Part shown: in pieces, positions 40,541 to 51,124 of the stretch
Layout: every line of letters starts with the position of its first letter
Numbering within the stretch: the stretch's first letter is position 1
Assembly: GCA_048941625.1 (NCBI GenBank)
Contig: JBHLNK010000002.1
Span: forward strand, 5,098-69,097
Origin: Promethearchaeota archaeon
GTDB lineage: Archaea; Asgardarchaeota; Lokiarchaeia; Sigyniarchaeales; SOKP01
DNA length: 64,000 bases
Direction: 5' to 3'
Program-made: the position numbers and the translations under genes
The notes under the pieces: model-generated
Databases searched by the model: none
Seen by the model: only the letters and a program-made list of their open reading frames with translations
Told to the model about the DNA's origin: nothing

Positions 40541-41902
40541 ATGTTTAGAAAATTTTTGTTTTATTTGTATTTAACAAAAGAATTTAGATTACTTTATTTC
40601 AAATTTCTAAGAGAGTATTTCTATATAAAAAGAAATATATATAAATCAATACAATATAACATTTCCATTCAAAAAGAGAGATTATATCGAATTTTAAATC
40701 ATGCTGTCCAAAATGTTCCATATTATCAGAAAATCGCACATGAACGAAATATTGAACTAAATAAGGATAATATTTTTGAAGATTTAAAACAATTCCCTAT
40801 TTTAACTAAGAGTCTATTAAGAAAAAATTGGAAATTACTTCATATAAAATTAAAAAATATTGATTATACAATTAATACCTCAGGAGGAACAACAGGGGAA
40901 CCTGTTAAATTTATTCAAAGTAGAAAATATAATATTCTCAATTTTTGCTCTAAAATTATATTTAACGAAATTGGAGATTATTACCCTGGTGATAAGTTAG
41001 TAAAGTTATGGGGTAATGAAAAGGATATATTAGAGATGACAGAGGGTAAATTTATAGCTTTTGTTAATAAATATTTTAGAAATATTATCTTTCTTAACTC
41101 TTTTAAAATGTCAGATAAAGATATTTTTAGGTATATCAATGAAATTAATCTTAAACGCCCAAAAGTAATTCTAGCTTATGTCCAATCAATTTATGAAGTT
41201 GCTAAATTTATAGAATATAACAAGATTTATATTCATAAATTAAGATCAATAATTACTTCTGCTGGTGTTTTAACTGTTGAAGTGAGACAGTTCATAGAAA
41301 AGATATTTAATACCAATGTATATAATAGATATGGATCAAGAGAGGTCTCTGTAATTGGTTCAAGTTGTAATGAAGATTCGAAGATTCATATTGATATGTA
41401 TAAGAAATATATAGAAGTCTTGGATGAAAACAATACCCCAGTAAAAGAACACAAAATTGGAAACATAATCATAACTGATCTTATTAATTACACAATGCCA
41501 TTAATAAGATATCAAATTGGGGATAGGGGATCGCTAGATTTCTCACAATGTCGTTGTGGAAGAGGACTGATTAGATTAGATAATATAATTGGTAGAGTTG
41601 TAGATATATTTGTAAATGAAAAAGGAGAACGTATCGATGGTGAATATTTTACACATCTGTTCTATTTTAGAGATAATTTAAAAAAATTTCAAGTCATTCA
41701 AGAGAATATAAATTTAATTCGGATTAAACTTGTAACCATAAACAAACTGAAATTAAATGAATCTACTGTAGAGGATATAACTAAGAAGATCAAAATTGTT
41801 ATGGGTCAGAATTGTAATGTTACATTTAATTATTTTAATGACATTGATGCTTCTTCTTCTGGTAAGTATAGATATACAATTTCAAAAATTAAGAATAATT
41901 AA
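40541..41902 (+). CDS. Phenylacetate-CoA-ligase-like (CapK-type) adenylating enzyme
   Basis: VPYY, FPILTK, TSGGTTGEP, YGSRE, MPLIRYQIGD, GR, SGKYR. Confidence 0.85.
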   Translation: MFRKFLFYLYLTKEFRLLYFKFLREYFYIKRNIYKSIQYNISIQKERLYRILNHAVQNVPYYQKIAHERNIELNKDNIFEDLKQFPILTKSLLRKNWKLLHIKLKNIDYTINTSGGTTGEPVKFIQSRKYNILNFCSKIIFNEIGDYYPGDKLVKLWGNEKDILEMTEGKFIAFVNKYFRNIIFLNSFKMSDKDIFRYINEINLKRPKVILAYVQSIYEVAKFIEYNKIYIHKLRSIITSAGVLTVEVRQFIEKIFNTNVYNRYGSREVSVIGSSCNEDSKIHIDMYKKYIEVLDENNTPVKEHKIGNIIITDLINYTMPLIRYQIGDRGSLDFSQCRCGRGLIRLDNIIGRVVDIFVNEKGERIDGEYFTHLFYFRDNLKKFQVIQENINLIRIKLVTINKLKLNESTVEDITKKIKIVMGQNCNVTFNYFNDIDASSSGKYRYTISKIKNN

Positions 41903-41969
41903 AAAACTTCAGGTTTATGTAATGTTTTATAATAATATTGTAAAAAACTAAAAACTATCTTTATTTCAA

Positions 41970-42824
41970 TTGCCTAAAATGCTGACTGACAAAGAATATT
42001 GGAACAAATACCATATTAAGAAAAACAAAAAGTCTAGAAAATCAATATTAAAAATATTAGAATTCTTTATAAAATGTTTAATCAACGAAAATTGTCTCAA
42101 ATTGATGAAAACTGATTATTCTTCATTTCTTTTTTGGGAGATCATATTAGAAAAACATTTGAAAAATTATGATAGATCGAATATAATTGAAATTGGCAGT
42201 GCACCAGGGGAGAGATTGGTAAAATTTAATAAAAAATTTAAATTAGTCCCTTTTGGCGTAGAATATTCTGAGGTAGGATTTAAAAAAAATTGTGAAAATT
42301 TCTTAAAACATAAACTAGATCCTAAAAAGATCATACATGCTGATTTCTTTTCTAAAGAATTTCAAAATAAATTTTCAAATTACTTTGATGTTGTATTTTC
42401 ATGGGGATTTATTGAACATTTTTCTAATGTCAAGAAGGTTATCGATTATCATTTAGACATTCTTAAAAAAAAAGGAATGTTAATTATTGTAATTCCAAAC
42501 ATCCAGGGTTTGAATTTTGCTCTAGGAAGTTTTTTTTTGAAAGAAAGTATTGCAAAGCATAACCTGACAATTATGGAAAAAAAAATTTTTAAGAATTTAT
42601 TCAATAAAGACAAATTGGAAATTCTTTATTGTGATTACTTTGGAGTTTTTAATGTTCATTTATTTTATACAAATAAAAAAGGGCTAAGAGCTTATATCCT
42701 CAAAATCATGAAAAACTATGTTAGACCAATTTTAAATTTTTTATTTAGAATTCTTTTTAAAGAGAAAGGATTCGAAGTTAAATATCTAAGTCCTTATTTA
42801 ATATATATCGGTATTAAAAAATAA
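41970..42824 (+). CDS. Class I SAM-dependent methyltransferase
   Basis: IEIGSAPG, GVEYS, FDVVFSWGFIEHF, LKKKG. Confidence 0.85.
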   Translation: MPKMLTDKEYWNKYHIKKNKKSRKSILKILEFFIKCLINENCLKLMKTDYSSFLFWEIILEKHLKNYDRSNIIEIGSAPGERLVKFNKKFKLVPFGVEYSEVGFKKNCENFLKHKLDPKKIIHADFFSKEFQNKFSNYFDVVFSWGFIEHFSNVKKVIDYHLDILKKKGMLIIVIPNIQGLNFALGSFFLKESIAKHNLTIMEKKIFKNLFNKDKLEILYCDYFGVFNVHLFYTNKKGLRAYILKIMKNYVRPILNFLFRILFKEKGFEVKYLSPYLIYIGIKK

Positions 42825-42947
42825 TTTAGTAATATAAAATCATAATAAGTAAAACCTGTTAAATCTTCCAGTACTTTAGATAATCTAGGAAGAGATTTTA
42901 ATAAATTGTATAATTAAGATAAAAAATTAAACATTTAGTTCCTAATC

Positions 42948-43688
42948 TTAATGTCTTAAATCATAATATCTACGATATATCGCTTTAACAAACCACTCAA
43001 GAAATGTTATTCCAAAAAGAGTTTTTTTAAAAATACTTAATAACTTTGATAATTGGATTTGAAAATCTTTTTGAAAGGAATAATTACCAACACGTCTTAA
43101 GACCTTCGTATCAATTATACCGAGCTTTTTAAAGATTGCTTTAGATATAAATTCTGCATTAGTTTGTTTACAAAAAGCTACATATACTAACATTTTTCCT
43201 AGTTTAGGAGGTTCATAAGCATTCTTCAACGCTATTTTTTGTATTTTGTAATTACAGTTATTTGCCAATTCATTAAAGAAACTTCTTGGATAATAATAAC
43301 GACAATGATTTACCCAATTTTTTGGTATTGGTAATACATGTATCATAATTCCATTTACTTTGCATATGTCATGTATAGTTTTGAAAACTTGATATTGATT
43401 ATTCACATGTTCAGTTGTTCCATAATTGGTAATTAGATGGAACCTATTAAAAAAAGATTTATGTAATGGATGATTTAAATCAACAATTAAAGCTCCATTT
43501 AGTCCATTTAAATCAAGAGAAATATGCTCTAAAACGTTTTTCTTTAATGTATAATATTCCTTTGCCGGTAAGTTATCATTTGCTATGGTTTGACTTCCAA
43601 GTTCACACATTCTTATTTTTTCCCAGTTAAATCCAACACTTCTAATTATTTCTTCCTCAAAATCATTGGTATTAGATGTTATGCCCAT
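42948..43688 (-). CDS. SAM-dependent methyltransferase-like protein
   Basis: CELGSQ, LDLNG, TNYGTTEHV, CKVNGIMIH. Confidence 0.7.
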   Translation of the reverse strand: MGITSNTNDFEEEIIRSVGFNWEKIRMCELGSQTIANDNLPAKEYYTLKKNVLEHISLDLNGLNGALIVDLNHPLHKSFFNRFHLITNYGTTEHVNNQYQVFKTIHDICKVNGIMIHVLPIPKNWVNHCRYYYPRSFFNELANNCNYKIQKIALKNAYEPPKLGKMLVYVAFCKQTNAEFISKAIFKKLGIIDTKVLRRVGNYSFQKDFQIQLSKLLSIFKKTLFGITFLEWFVKAIYRRYYDLRH

Positions 43689-43950
43689 TTTATTGTTTTG
43701 TTAAAAATAAATAATTGTTTTGATTAAAAATTGAATATTTAACAAGTTTAATAGTAAAAAAGATGAGATCCTTCATAAATTCAATTATATTTCTTTGTTA
43801 TAAAATATCGACATGTTCCAAATGCATAATTTATACCATAATCTCAAAAAAATATAGTAAAAAGTAATAATTCCCAATTAAAATTTGGTTTATTTATTGA
43901 AAAATTTCATAACAAAGAAGTTGTGTTATTATATTTTTGATAATATAAAA

Positions 43951-45165
43951 TTACTTTTTTGATTTTATAAGGAACACTAAAAAATGAAATGGAATTCTTA
44001 GAATAATGATCACCTCAATAAATATATAAAAAATTAATTTTAAAAAAAATATGATACCATATTTTTCATAAAATTCCTTATTAACAACTCTCTTAAAAAA
44101 GAGTAATTTCTTTATTTTTAAAAAATATATTATCAAAAGCATCAAAACACCAATAAGAAAAAAAGCTGAGTGGATAAATAAAAGAAAAGGAAAGGAAATA
44201 ATATATAGGGAAATCAGGAATGAAAATAAAAACTTCACTATATTGAGCTTTTTATTTTTGAATGAAAAAAATAATGCATTTTCAATCCAAATTGTCTTCT
44301 GATGTATTAATTCGCTTATAGTAGATGAATAATCAACATAAATTCGATGTCGATAATCATATAGTAAATAAGAATTAAAACCTTTTGAATAAATATCAAT
44401 ACCCATAGATTTATCTGTAGCATAGTTTTTATTTTCTGTAAATCTCCCAATTGATTTTATTACTTCGTATTTCAAACAAAGAGATTGGCCAGTTATTGGA
44501 GGATTAGATACATGTCTAGAAAATTTTGTTTTTGGGCTATAAAACCTGTCAAATAGTAAATATTTTACTAAATCTTTACTTTCTTGATTCTTTAAAGGCC
44601 TTACTCCCCCTAAAACTATATTTTCATCAAGATTTGTTATAGGATATATCATTCTTAACAGAATTTCATCTGATAAATAGCTATCTGCATCTATAAAATA
44701 TACAATCCCCTCTGAGATAAATTGAAGACATTCATTTAATGCCCTAATTTTTCCTAAAGAAGGTCGATCTGCACCTCTTTTTTGATATAAGATAATGAAA
44801 TTATCATATTTCTTAAAGGAATTCGCAATTTCAATCGTCTCATCATTCCCTCCTGCATTTACAATAACTTTGATTGCAGGATATGTAAGATTCTTTATTG
44901 AAACTAACAAATTCTTAAATATTGTACCTTCTTTCCAAGCGGGAATAATAATATTAACCAAGGGAAGTATATTTAAAGCATTTAAAGGTAAAAAATCAGG
45001 ATCTTTAAAGTTTAAATAAATCTTAATGTTCTTTCTATCCCGGAGGAAGTAAAGAAGAGTATAGATAATAATTATAATAAAGATGATAATAAGTATAAAT
45101 CCTATTGAACTAATAAAATTTAAAATAATTCTGATTAGTTCTAAAGTCCAATTAATTAAATTCAT
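43951..45165 (-). CDS. Membrane-bound GT2 glycosyltransferase
   Basis: IIIPAWKE, GKIRALN, FIDAD, TD, QKTIW; N- and C-terminal TM helices. Confidence 0.85.
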   Translation of the reverse strand: MNLINWTLELIRIILNFISSIGFILIIIFIIIIIYTLLYFLRDRKNIKIYLNFKDPDFLPLNALNILPLVNIIIPAWKEGTIFKNLLVSIKNLTYPAIKVIVNAGGNDETIEIANSFKKYDNFIILYQKRGADRPSLGKIRALNECLQFISEGIVYFIDADSYLSDEILLRMIYPITNLDENIVLGGVRPLKNQESKDLVKYLLFDRFYSPKTKFSRHVSNPPITGQSLCLKYEVIKSIGRFTENKNYATDKSMGIDIYSKGFNSYLLYDYRHRIYVDYSSTISELIHQKTIWIENALFFSFKNKKLNIVKFLFSFLISLYIISFPFLLFIHSAFFLIGVLMLLIIYFLKIKKLLFFKRVVNKEFYEKYGIIFFLKLIFYIFIEVIIILRIPFHFLVFLIKSKK

Positions 45166-45395
45166 TTATAAATTTCTAGATTTGATAAATTTTTTGAATT
45201 TTATTAAATAATTGAGGAAGTACAACTTATTATTTATTTTTTTTTTATTTAATAAAGTATTTCTAATAAGTTATTTTTAGAAAGAAAAAGCTTTTGCATA
45301 ATTCAATTCATCATAAATGGAATTTTTTAAGATTTATTATTTCCCTAAAGGAATTTCATTAGTCAAAGATAAATTCTTATAATTAGATAAAGCCA

Positions 45396-46655
45396 TCAAG
45401 ATAGTAGAACTTTTTTGAAAGTTTTAAGATATATTTCAATTATATTTTCCCATAGAAATTCATTTATAACTCTATCATGACCTGCTTGCCCCATTTCTAA
45501 TCTTAAATCTTCATTATCATAAAGAATCATTATTTTGTCGATTAAGTCTTCTAGATCTTCTGGTTTTATTAAATAACCGGTTTTTCCCTCGATAATTGCC
45601 TCAGGTATTCCTCCACTTCTTGTTCCAATTACAGGCAAATTATAAAAATTTGCTTCTAAAAATACAATACCAAATCCCTCAATGGTATTAGAACTCATGA
45701 TTGAAGGCATAATAAACAGATCTGACAGTTTATAAAATTTGTTTCTTAATTCATTATTACAATTTCCTAAAAAAAAGACCTTATCTTCTAAATTTAATTT
45801 CCTTGTGAGATCTTTTAAATTTTGGGTATCAAGACCACTTCCTATTAAATAATATTTAATTTTGATGGAAGGCCTTATTTTTAAAATCCTTTCAATAGAT
45901 CTAATGACTAAATCAAAATTTTTTCTAAAATTTTGACGTCCGACGCTTAATATTATAAAATCATCATCAGAAAGATTTAATTCCTTTCTTATTTCTAGCT
46001 TTGAGTTCTGAATTTCAGAATCTTTTAAACTTATTGCTCGATTAATAACAATTAACTTTTCCTCATTTAGATTATAGATTTTTCTAATAAATTGTCTCAT
46101 TTTGGTTGAATTCACAATAATTTTCTCTACACTTTTAAAATACGAAGATTTAAGATGAATAGCTTTTTTAGCTAAGAAATCGTTGCCATGTGCTAAGGTG
46201 ACAACTTTTTTATTAAATATTGTACCAAGAAAAACAGCTAAAATAAGTATATTTCCGGAATTAGAAGAAACAATCAAATCAAAATCTAAATTAGTTAAAT
46301 ATTGTGATAGACGGCGTATATTATCTATTGTTTCAATTAAAGCTTTAGGTTTTATAATAAGGTATGAAATGATATTTAATCTATGAAATTGACTGATTTT
46401 TTTATCTCTTAGGATTTTCCAAAATGAATGAATTAGATAAAAATAGAACTTCTTTTTATTAAATATTTTTAACAAGTTTCTTATAGTATCTTTCCGATTA
46501 TTCATTACATTGAAGATGTTCTTGTCTTTATAGGTAGGATTAAATATGTAAATTTCTTCTCCTTTTTCTTGAATAAAGTTGTAAAGATTTACTAGAGTGT
46601 GTGTGATTCCTCCAAGATATGGAAAAAAGATATCAGTTATGAGAACAATTTTCAT
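45396..46655 (-). CDS. GT4-family glycosyltransferase
   Basis: FFPYLGG, SVGR..RK, EGFGIVFLEA, GGIPE. Confidence 0.9.
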   Translation of the reverse strand: MKIVLITDIFFPYLGGITHTLVNLYNFIQEKGEEIYIFNPTYKDKNIFNVMNNRKDTIRNLLKIFNKKKFYFYLIHSFWKILRDKKISQFHRLNIISYLIIKPKALIETIDNIRRLSQYLTNLDFDLIVSSNSGNILILAVFLGTIFNKKVVTLAHGNDFLAKKAIHLKSSYFKSVEKIIVNSTKMRQFIRKIYNLNEEKLIVINRAISLKDSEIQNSKLEIRKELNLSDDDFIILSVGRQNFRKNFDLVIRSIERILKIRPSIKIKYYLIGSGLDTQNLKDLTRKLNLEDKVFFLGNCNNELRNKFYKLSDLFIMPSIMSSNTIEGFGIVFLEANFYNLPVIGTRSGGIPEAIIEGKTGYLIKPEDLEDLIDKIMILYDNEDLRLEMGQAGHDRVINEFLWENIIEIYLKTFKKVLLS

Positions 46656-47007
46656 ATTTCAACAAAATTTTCATATTTTAAATTTTTTTTTATTAGAGGC
46701 TTCTCTCAATACCAATAAATTCTATAAGAGATTGAGATGTTTTAAATTTCAATGAAAAAATGAGTGTTTTTTTTCATTAAATATTAGAATTGAGTATTAT
46801 ATTAATAAAATATATAATTAATATCCTTAACTTTGCTACAATTCTAATTTTCAAAAGAAAAGTTTACACTATACAATATTTAATAAAATTAAGGAAAGGA
46901 AAATTAATTTATTATTTAAGGAAGAATTATAGTAATTTTAAAATAACTTGAGAAAGGAACTTTTTTCAAAGTTAAGTATATAAAATTTTGGAAAGAACTT
47001 TAAGATA

Positions 47008-47847
47008 ATGAACATGCTTCAATGGAGATCTATAAAAAGAAATCTTAAACAAATTAATGCATTGGTAGAAAGAAATATATATATAGAAGCTCGTTTTAAA
47101 ACAGGTCTATTTTTAGCTTTTTTCAGACCATTTCTTCAAATTCTTATGCCCCTTATTGTTTTTGGAACAATTTTCACAATAAGCGAGGATTATCAACTTG
47201 GTTATTGGGAAAGTAATACATTTTTACTTTTTATTATAATTGCTTTTTGTATTCAATATCTTAGACAAATGATTACTAGGTATGTATATACATTTCAACA
47301 TGAAAAATATTGGAAAACTTTACAAGCATTGATGGTTGCACCTTTAAATTATTTCAACATTTTAATTGGATTTTTAATATCAGAACTTGTTTTTATAAGC
47401 ATACCAATTTCTTTTTTTTTAATTTTAGGCTTTATACTTTTCCCTATTTCTTTTTTTCAAGCAATTTTAGTTATAATAATGATATTAGTGATTGCAATAA
47501 CATTTGGATGTATTGGATTAATAATGGGAATTCTAGTAATATCTAGAGAAGGATTATATAAAGCAATTGATATAGGATTAACTTTTATTATCGCATTAAG
47601 CTGTATTAGTTATCCATTGCAGATTTTTCCAGAATTTCTTAGAATTGTTATTATTATAAATCCATTATACTATTTATTTGACCTAGTACGACTAGTTTGG
47701 TTATTAGGATTTGATTCCGCTTTAGCTCTTAATTTTATTACACCAACTCATATAATTATTGTAACTCTAGGTGTAATATGTTTACCCATTATTGCAATAT
47801 ATCTATTTAAAACATTCTATAAAAAATATGGAATTACTGGTTATTAA
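47008..47847 (+). CDS. ABC-2 type transporter permease
   Basis: Six TM segments, EKYWKTL..LMVAP, YP...P, NPLYY. Confidence 0.85.
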   Translation: MNMLQWRSIKRNLKQINALVERNIYIEARFKTGLFLAFFRPFLQILMPLIVFGTIFTISEDYQLGYWESNTFLLFIIIAFCIQYLRQMITRYVYTFQHEKYWKTLQALMVAPLNYFNILIGFLISELVFISIPISFFLILGFILFPISFFQAILVIIMILVIAITFGCIGLIMGILVISREGLYKAIDIGLTFIIALSCISYPLQIFPEFLRIVIIINPLYYLFDLVRLVWLLGFDSALALNFITPTHIIIVTLGVICLPIIAIYLFKTFYKKYGITGY

Positions 47848-47890
47848 TATGAACGAATCTAATCTTTCTGTAGATATAAAAGGCGATGAC

Positions 47891-48811
47891 ATGTCAAAGT
47901 ATGATATTGAGATTTTCAATTTAACTAAAAAGTATTCACTTAAAGGAAAAGGCAAAAAAATCACAGCACTAAATAATATTAATCTAAAAATTAAAAAAGG
48001 TGAGATTTTTGGACTTCTTGGACCTAATGGAGCGGGAAAAACGACTATGGTGTCAATATTAACAACACTAATACAACCAACAAGCGGATATGCAACAATT
48101 CTAGGATACAATATTTTGAAACAACCAAAACTAATTAAAAGGAAAATTGGATTAATGCTTGGAGGGGAAATGATCTATTACAGGCTAACAGGTTATAATA
48201 ATCTAAAATTTTTCTGTAAACTTTACAATATTAAAGACTATAAACTCAAAATTAATAAATTGGCTGAAAAATTTAACTTAACTCAATGGTTAAATCAATA
48301 TGTAGAATATTATTCAACAGGAATGAAAGTTAAATTAGCTTTAGCCCGTGTATTATTAGTTGATCCACAAATATTGTTCTTAGATGAACCAATGTTAGGG
48401 TTGGATCCGAATATAATAGAAGAATTGATTGAAATTTTAATAAATATGAAAAAAACAATATTTCTTACTTCACATCAAATGTATATCGTTCAGAAACTAT
48501 GTGATAGAATAGGTTTTCTTAGAGAAGGAGAAATTATTAAGGTTGATAGTCAACAAAATTTTAAGAAGTTATTACAGGATGAAATAAAATTTCAAATGAA
48601 AGTGAAAGAAGAGAAAAAACAGTTAATTGCTAAATTAAGTTCAATGGATTTTATAAATAATGTTGAGTCTAAGGAGGAAAATATTTATTTTTCCATAATA
48701 AATCAAAAATTTTATCCTAAACTGTTTAATGTACTAAAAAATTTTCAAATTATGCAATTCAATGAATTAGAACCAAGTTTGAATGATATATTTATTAGAT
48801 TAAGTATTTAA
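47891..48811 (+). CDS. ABC transporter ATP-binding protein (DrrA/ABC-2 type)
   Basis: GPNGAGKTT, YSTGM, LFLDEP, SH. Start is probably ATG 47891 (after AGGCGA) or ATG 47849, not 47792. Confidence 0.92.
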   Translation: MSKYDIEIFNLTKKYSLKGKGKKITALNNINLKIKKGEIFGLLGPNGAGKTTMVSILTTLIQPTSGYATILGYNILKQPKLIKRKIGLMLGGEMIYYRLTGYNNLKFFCKLYNIKDYKLKINKLAEKFNLTQWLNQYVEYYSTGMKVKLALARVLLVDPQILFLDEPMLGLDPNIIEELIEILINMKKTIFLTSHQMYIVQKLCDRIGFLREGEIIKVDSQQNFKKLLQDEIKFQMKVKEEKKQLIAKLSSMDFINNVESKEENIYFSIINQKFYPKLFNVLKNFQIMQFNELEPSLNDIFIRLSI

Positions 48812-48856
48812 AAGTTAAATAAATTAATTCTAATTACGGTTAGGAGATATAATTTA

Positions 48857-50131
48857 TTGAAAATTATTCATACTTACAGGCAACATCCAGGAGATACTGG
48901 TTCAGATATTTTTTTCGATGAGTTAACAGATGAAATGAAAAAAAAAACTTTGAACATCAAAATCATTACATCTGATTTAATTAGATGGGGTAAACATTTT
49001 AAGTATTATACTACAATTAGAGAGAAAAATAAAAGCTTAGGAATAATTAGAATTCCATTTACACTGTTAAGATTTATTAATCCATGGTTTTTTAATCTTA
49101 ATAAAAATAGTAAATTTAGGCAATTAGATAAATTCATTTTTAAGTTCGAAAAAAAAATCATCCGATTTTTGAGGGTTTTGTCATATAAATTGAATCTCAT
49201 TATTCCTTGGGGTTTATTTCAAGATGAGTTGGGTTGGAAATTATTTTTAATCTTAATAAAACAAAATTTTGATTTTATTCATACAACTTGTATTCCTAGG
49301 TCATGTATTACTGCTTCATTATTAGCAGCTAAAATCAAAAAAATACCAATAATGATTACACCCTTTTATCATTATCAAGAAAAAAGATTTTATGAAAATG
49401 ATAAATTCTGGATGAGGATCCTAAGAAATTTTGATTGTATAAATGTTTGTACAGACACAGAAAAAGATTATATGATACAGCATGGAATAAATTCTAAAAA
49501 AATAATTAAAGTAGGATTAGGTGTCTATTTTGATGAAATAAAACTCGAGAATGATAATAATTGGCGGGAGAAACTTCAGATTGAAAATGATAAATTTGTA
49601 GTTTTATATATGAATTCCATTATTTCTGATCCCCTTAAAGGTGTTCACCAAGTAATAGAAGCAGCTGCAAAATTACCAGAATTCCATTTTATCTTTGCAG
49701 GGAAGGATGAAAGAATTTGGAATAATATGATTTTACGTTATAATAAGAAATTTGACTTAAAAAATTGTCATTTTGTAGGATATGTTGTTGGTAAAGCTAA
49801 ATACTCATTATTCCATACTTCAGATTTAATTGTACGCCCCAGTATTAATGAAGCGTTAGGTATTTTTTATTTAGAAGGTATGAGTGCTGGAAAACCAATT
49901 ATTACCTCTAACATTGATTCTATGAAGGAAATTTCAAACAATGTAGGTTTTTGTGTAGAACATGGAAATGTTCAGGAATTAATTGAAAAAATTAAAATTC
50001 TCCAATCAAATAAGAGTCTATACCATGAATTTTCTAAAAATGCTATTAAGAAAAGTGAAGGATATAGTTGGAGAGTAATCTCAAGAAAATTTGAAAGGTT
50101 ATACGATATTTTATTAAAATTACAAAAATAA
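48857..50131 (+). CDS. GT4-family glycosyltransferase
   Basis: KG, PSINEALGIFYLEGMSAGKP. Confidence 0.85.
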   Translation: MKIIHTYRQHPGDTGSDIFFDELTDEMKKKTLNIKIITSDLIRWGKHFKYYTTIREKNKSLGIIRIPFTLLRFINPWFFNLNKNSKFRQLDKFIFKFEKKIIRFLRVLSYKLNLIIPWGLFQDELGWKLFLILIKQNFDFIHTTCIPRSCITASLLAAKIKKIPIMITPFYHYQEKRFYENDKFWMRILRNFDCINVCTDTEKDYMIQHGINSKKIIKVGLGVYFDEIKLENDNNWREKLQIENDKFVVLYMNSIISDPLKGVHQVIEAAAKLPEFHFIFAGKDERIWNNMILRYNKKFDLKNCHFVGYVVGKAKYSLFHTSDLIVRPSINEALGIFYLEGMSAGKPIITSNIDSMKEISNNVGFCVEHGNVQELIEKIKILQSNKSLYHEFSKNAIKKSEGYSWRVISRKFERLYDILLKLQK

Positions 50132-50235
50132 AATTAAAATAGTAAATTATTAACTTTTTTTATATACAATTAATTATATTAACTAAGATTAAGAAATTTC
50201 ACCTTAAATAGAAGAAATCTAAAATCCGAATTATT

Positions 50236-51081
50236 ATGCTTAAGGTCAAAAGTTTAAATATTCTTAAAAAAAAAATATTTCTTGGTCCTTTTTCAAATTA
50301 TATAGATATTATTTACGAAGGAGTTCTTAATATCTTCGAGATACTAAAAATTCGATTGTGGGTAGGAAAGTTTCTTAATATATTAAATCTCCGTATGGTA
50401 AGGGATATTAGAATTGATTTAAAAAATAAAAAGTTTTTTTTACAATTTATTAAAAGAGGTGATTTATGTTTTGATGTAGGTGCAAATATTGGTAAAATAT
50501 CAAATATCCTTTTAAATATTGGAGCAAAAGTGATTTGTATAGAACCTCAAAAATCATGTTTAAAAAGTCTTAACATTTTATTTCGAAATAATGAGAATGT
50601 GATTATTGTAAATAAAGCATTAGGCGCAAAGGAAGGGAATGGAGAAATTTATATCTGTGATGATGCCAATGCAATGTCAACTTTATCAGAAGATTTTATA
50701 AATAAAAGTAGATACTCTGAAGATTATAATTGGAGAAAAAAATCAAAGGTGGCAATTACTACATTAGATAAGTTAATACAGATATATGGATTACCAAAAT
50801 ATTGTAAAGTTGATGTAGAAGGGTATGAATTAGAAGTATTCCAAGGTCTTTCTAAAAAAATTCCAATTATTAGTTTTGAATTTCATATGGAATTTATCAA
50901 TATAGCAAACGAATGTCTAAAACTACTTTCCATATTAGGTGATATTGAAGTAAATTTTGCTAAAAGCGATGTAAAAGAACTAATTTTAGATAAATGGGTA
51001 TCACCACAAGATCTAACAAAATTCTTAAAATCTATAAAAGATGAGTTTTTGTGGGGAGATATATATGTTAAATTTATATAA
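50236..51081 (+). CDS. FkbM-family methyltransferase
   Basis: FDVGANIG, IEP, KVDVEGYELEV. Confidence 0.9.
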   Translation: MLKVKSLNILKKKIFLGPFSNYIDIIYEGVLNIFEILKIRLWVGKFLNILNLRMVRDIRIDLKNKKFFLQFIKRGDLCFDVGANIGKISNILLNIGAKVICIEPQKSCLKSLNILFRNNENVIIVNKALGAKEGNGEIYICDDANAMSTLSEDFINKSRYSEDYNWRKKSKVAITTLDKLIQIYGLPKYCKVDVEGYELEVFQGLSKKIPIISFEFHMEFINIANECLKLLSILGDIEVNFAKSDVKELILDKWVSPQDLTKFLKSIKDEFLWGDIYVKFI

Positions 51082-51124
51082 TATTATGAATATTTTATAG
51101 GAAGCCATATCAAAATAATTGATA

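Noticed and set aside
46751-46778. Inverted repeat AATGAAAAAA/TTTTTTCATT between divergent GT4 and ABC genes
   Set aside because: Mostly A/T homopolymer; expected by chance at this composition.
47792-47890. ORF-track N-terminus of the ABC ATPase
   Set aside because: Overlaps the permease by 56 bp; downstream ATGs at 47849 and 47891 fit better.
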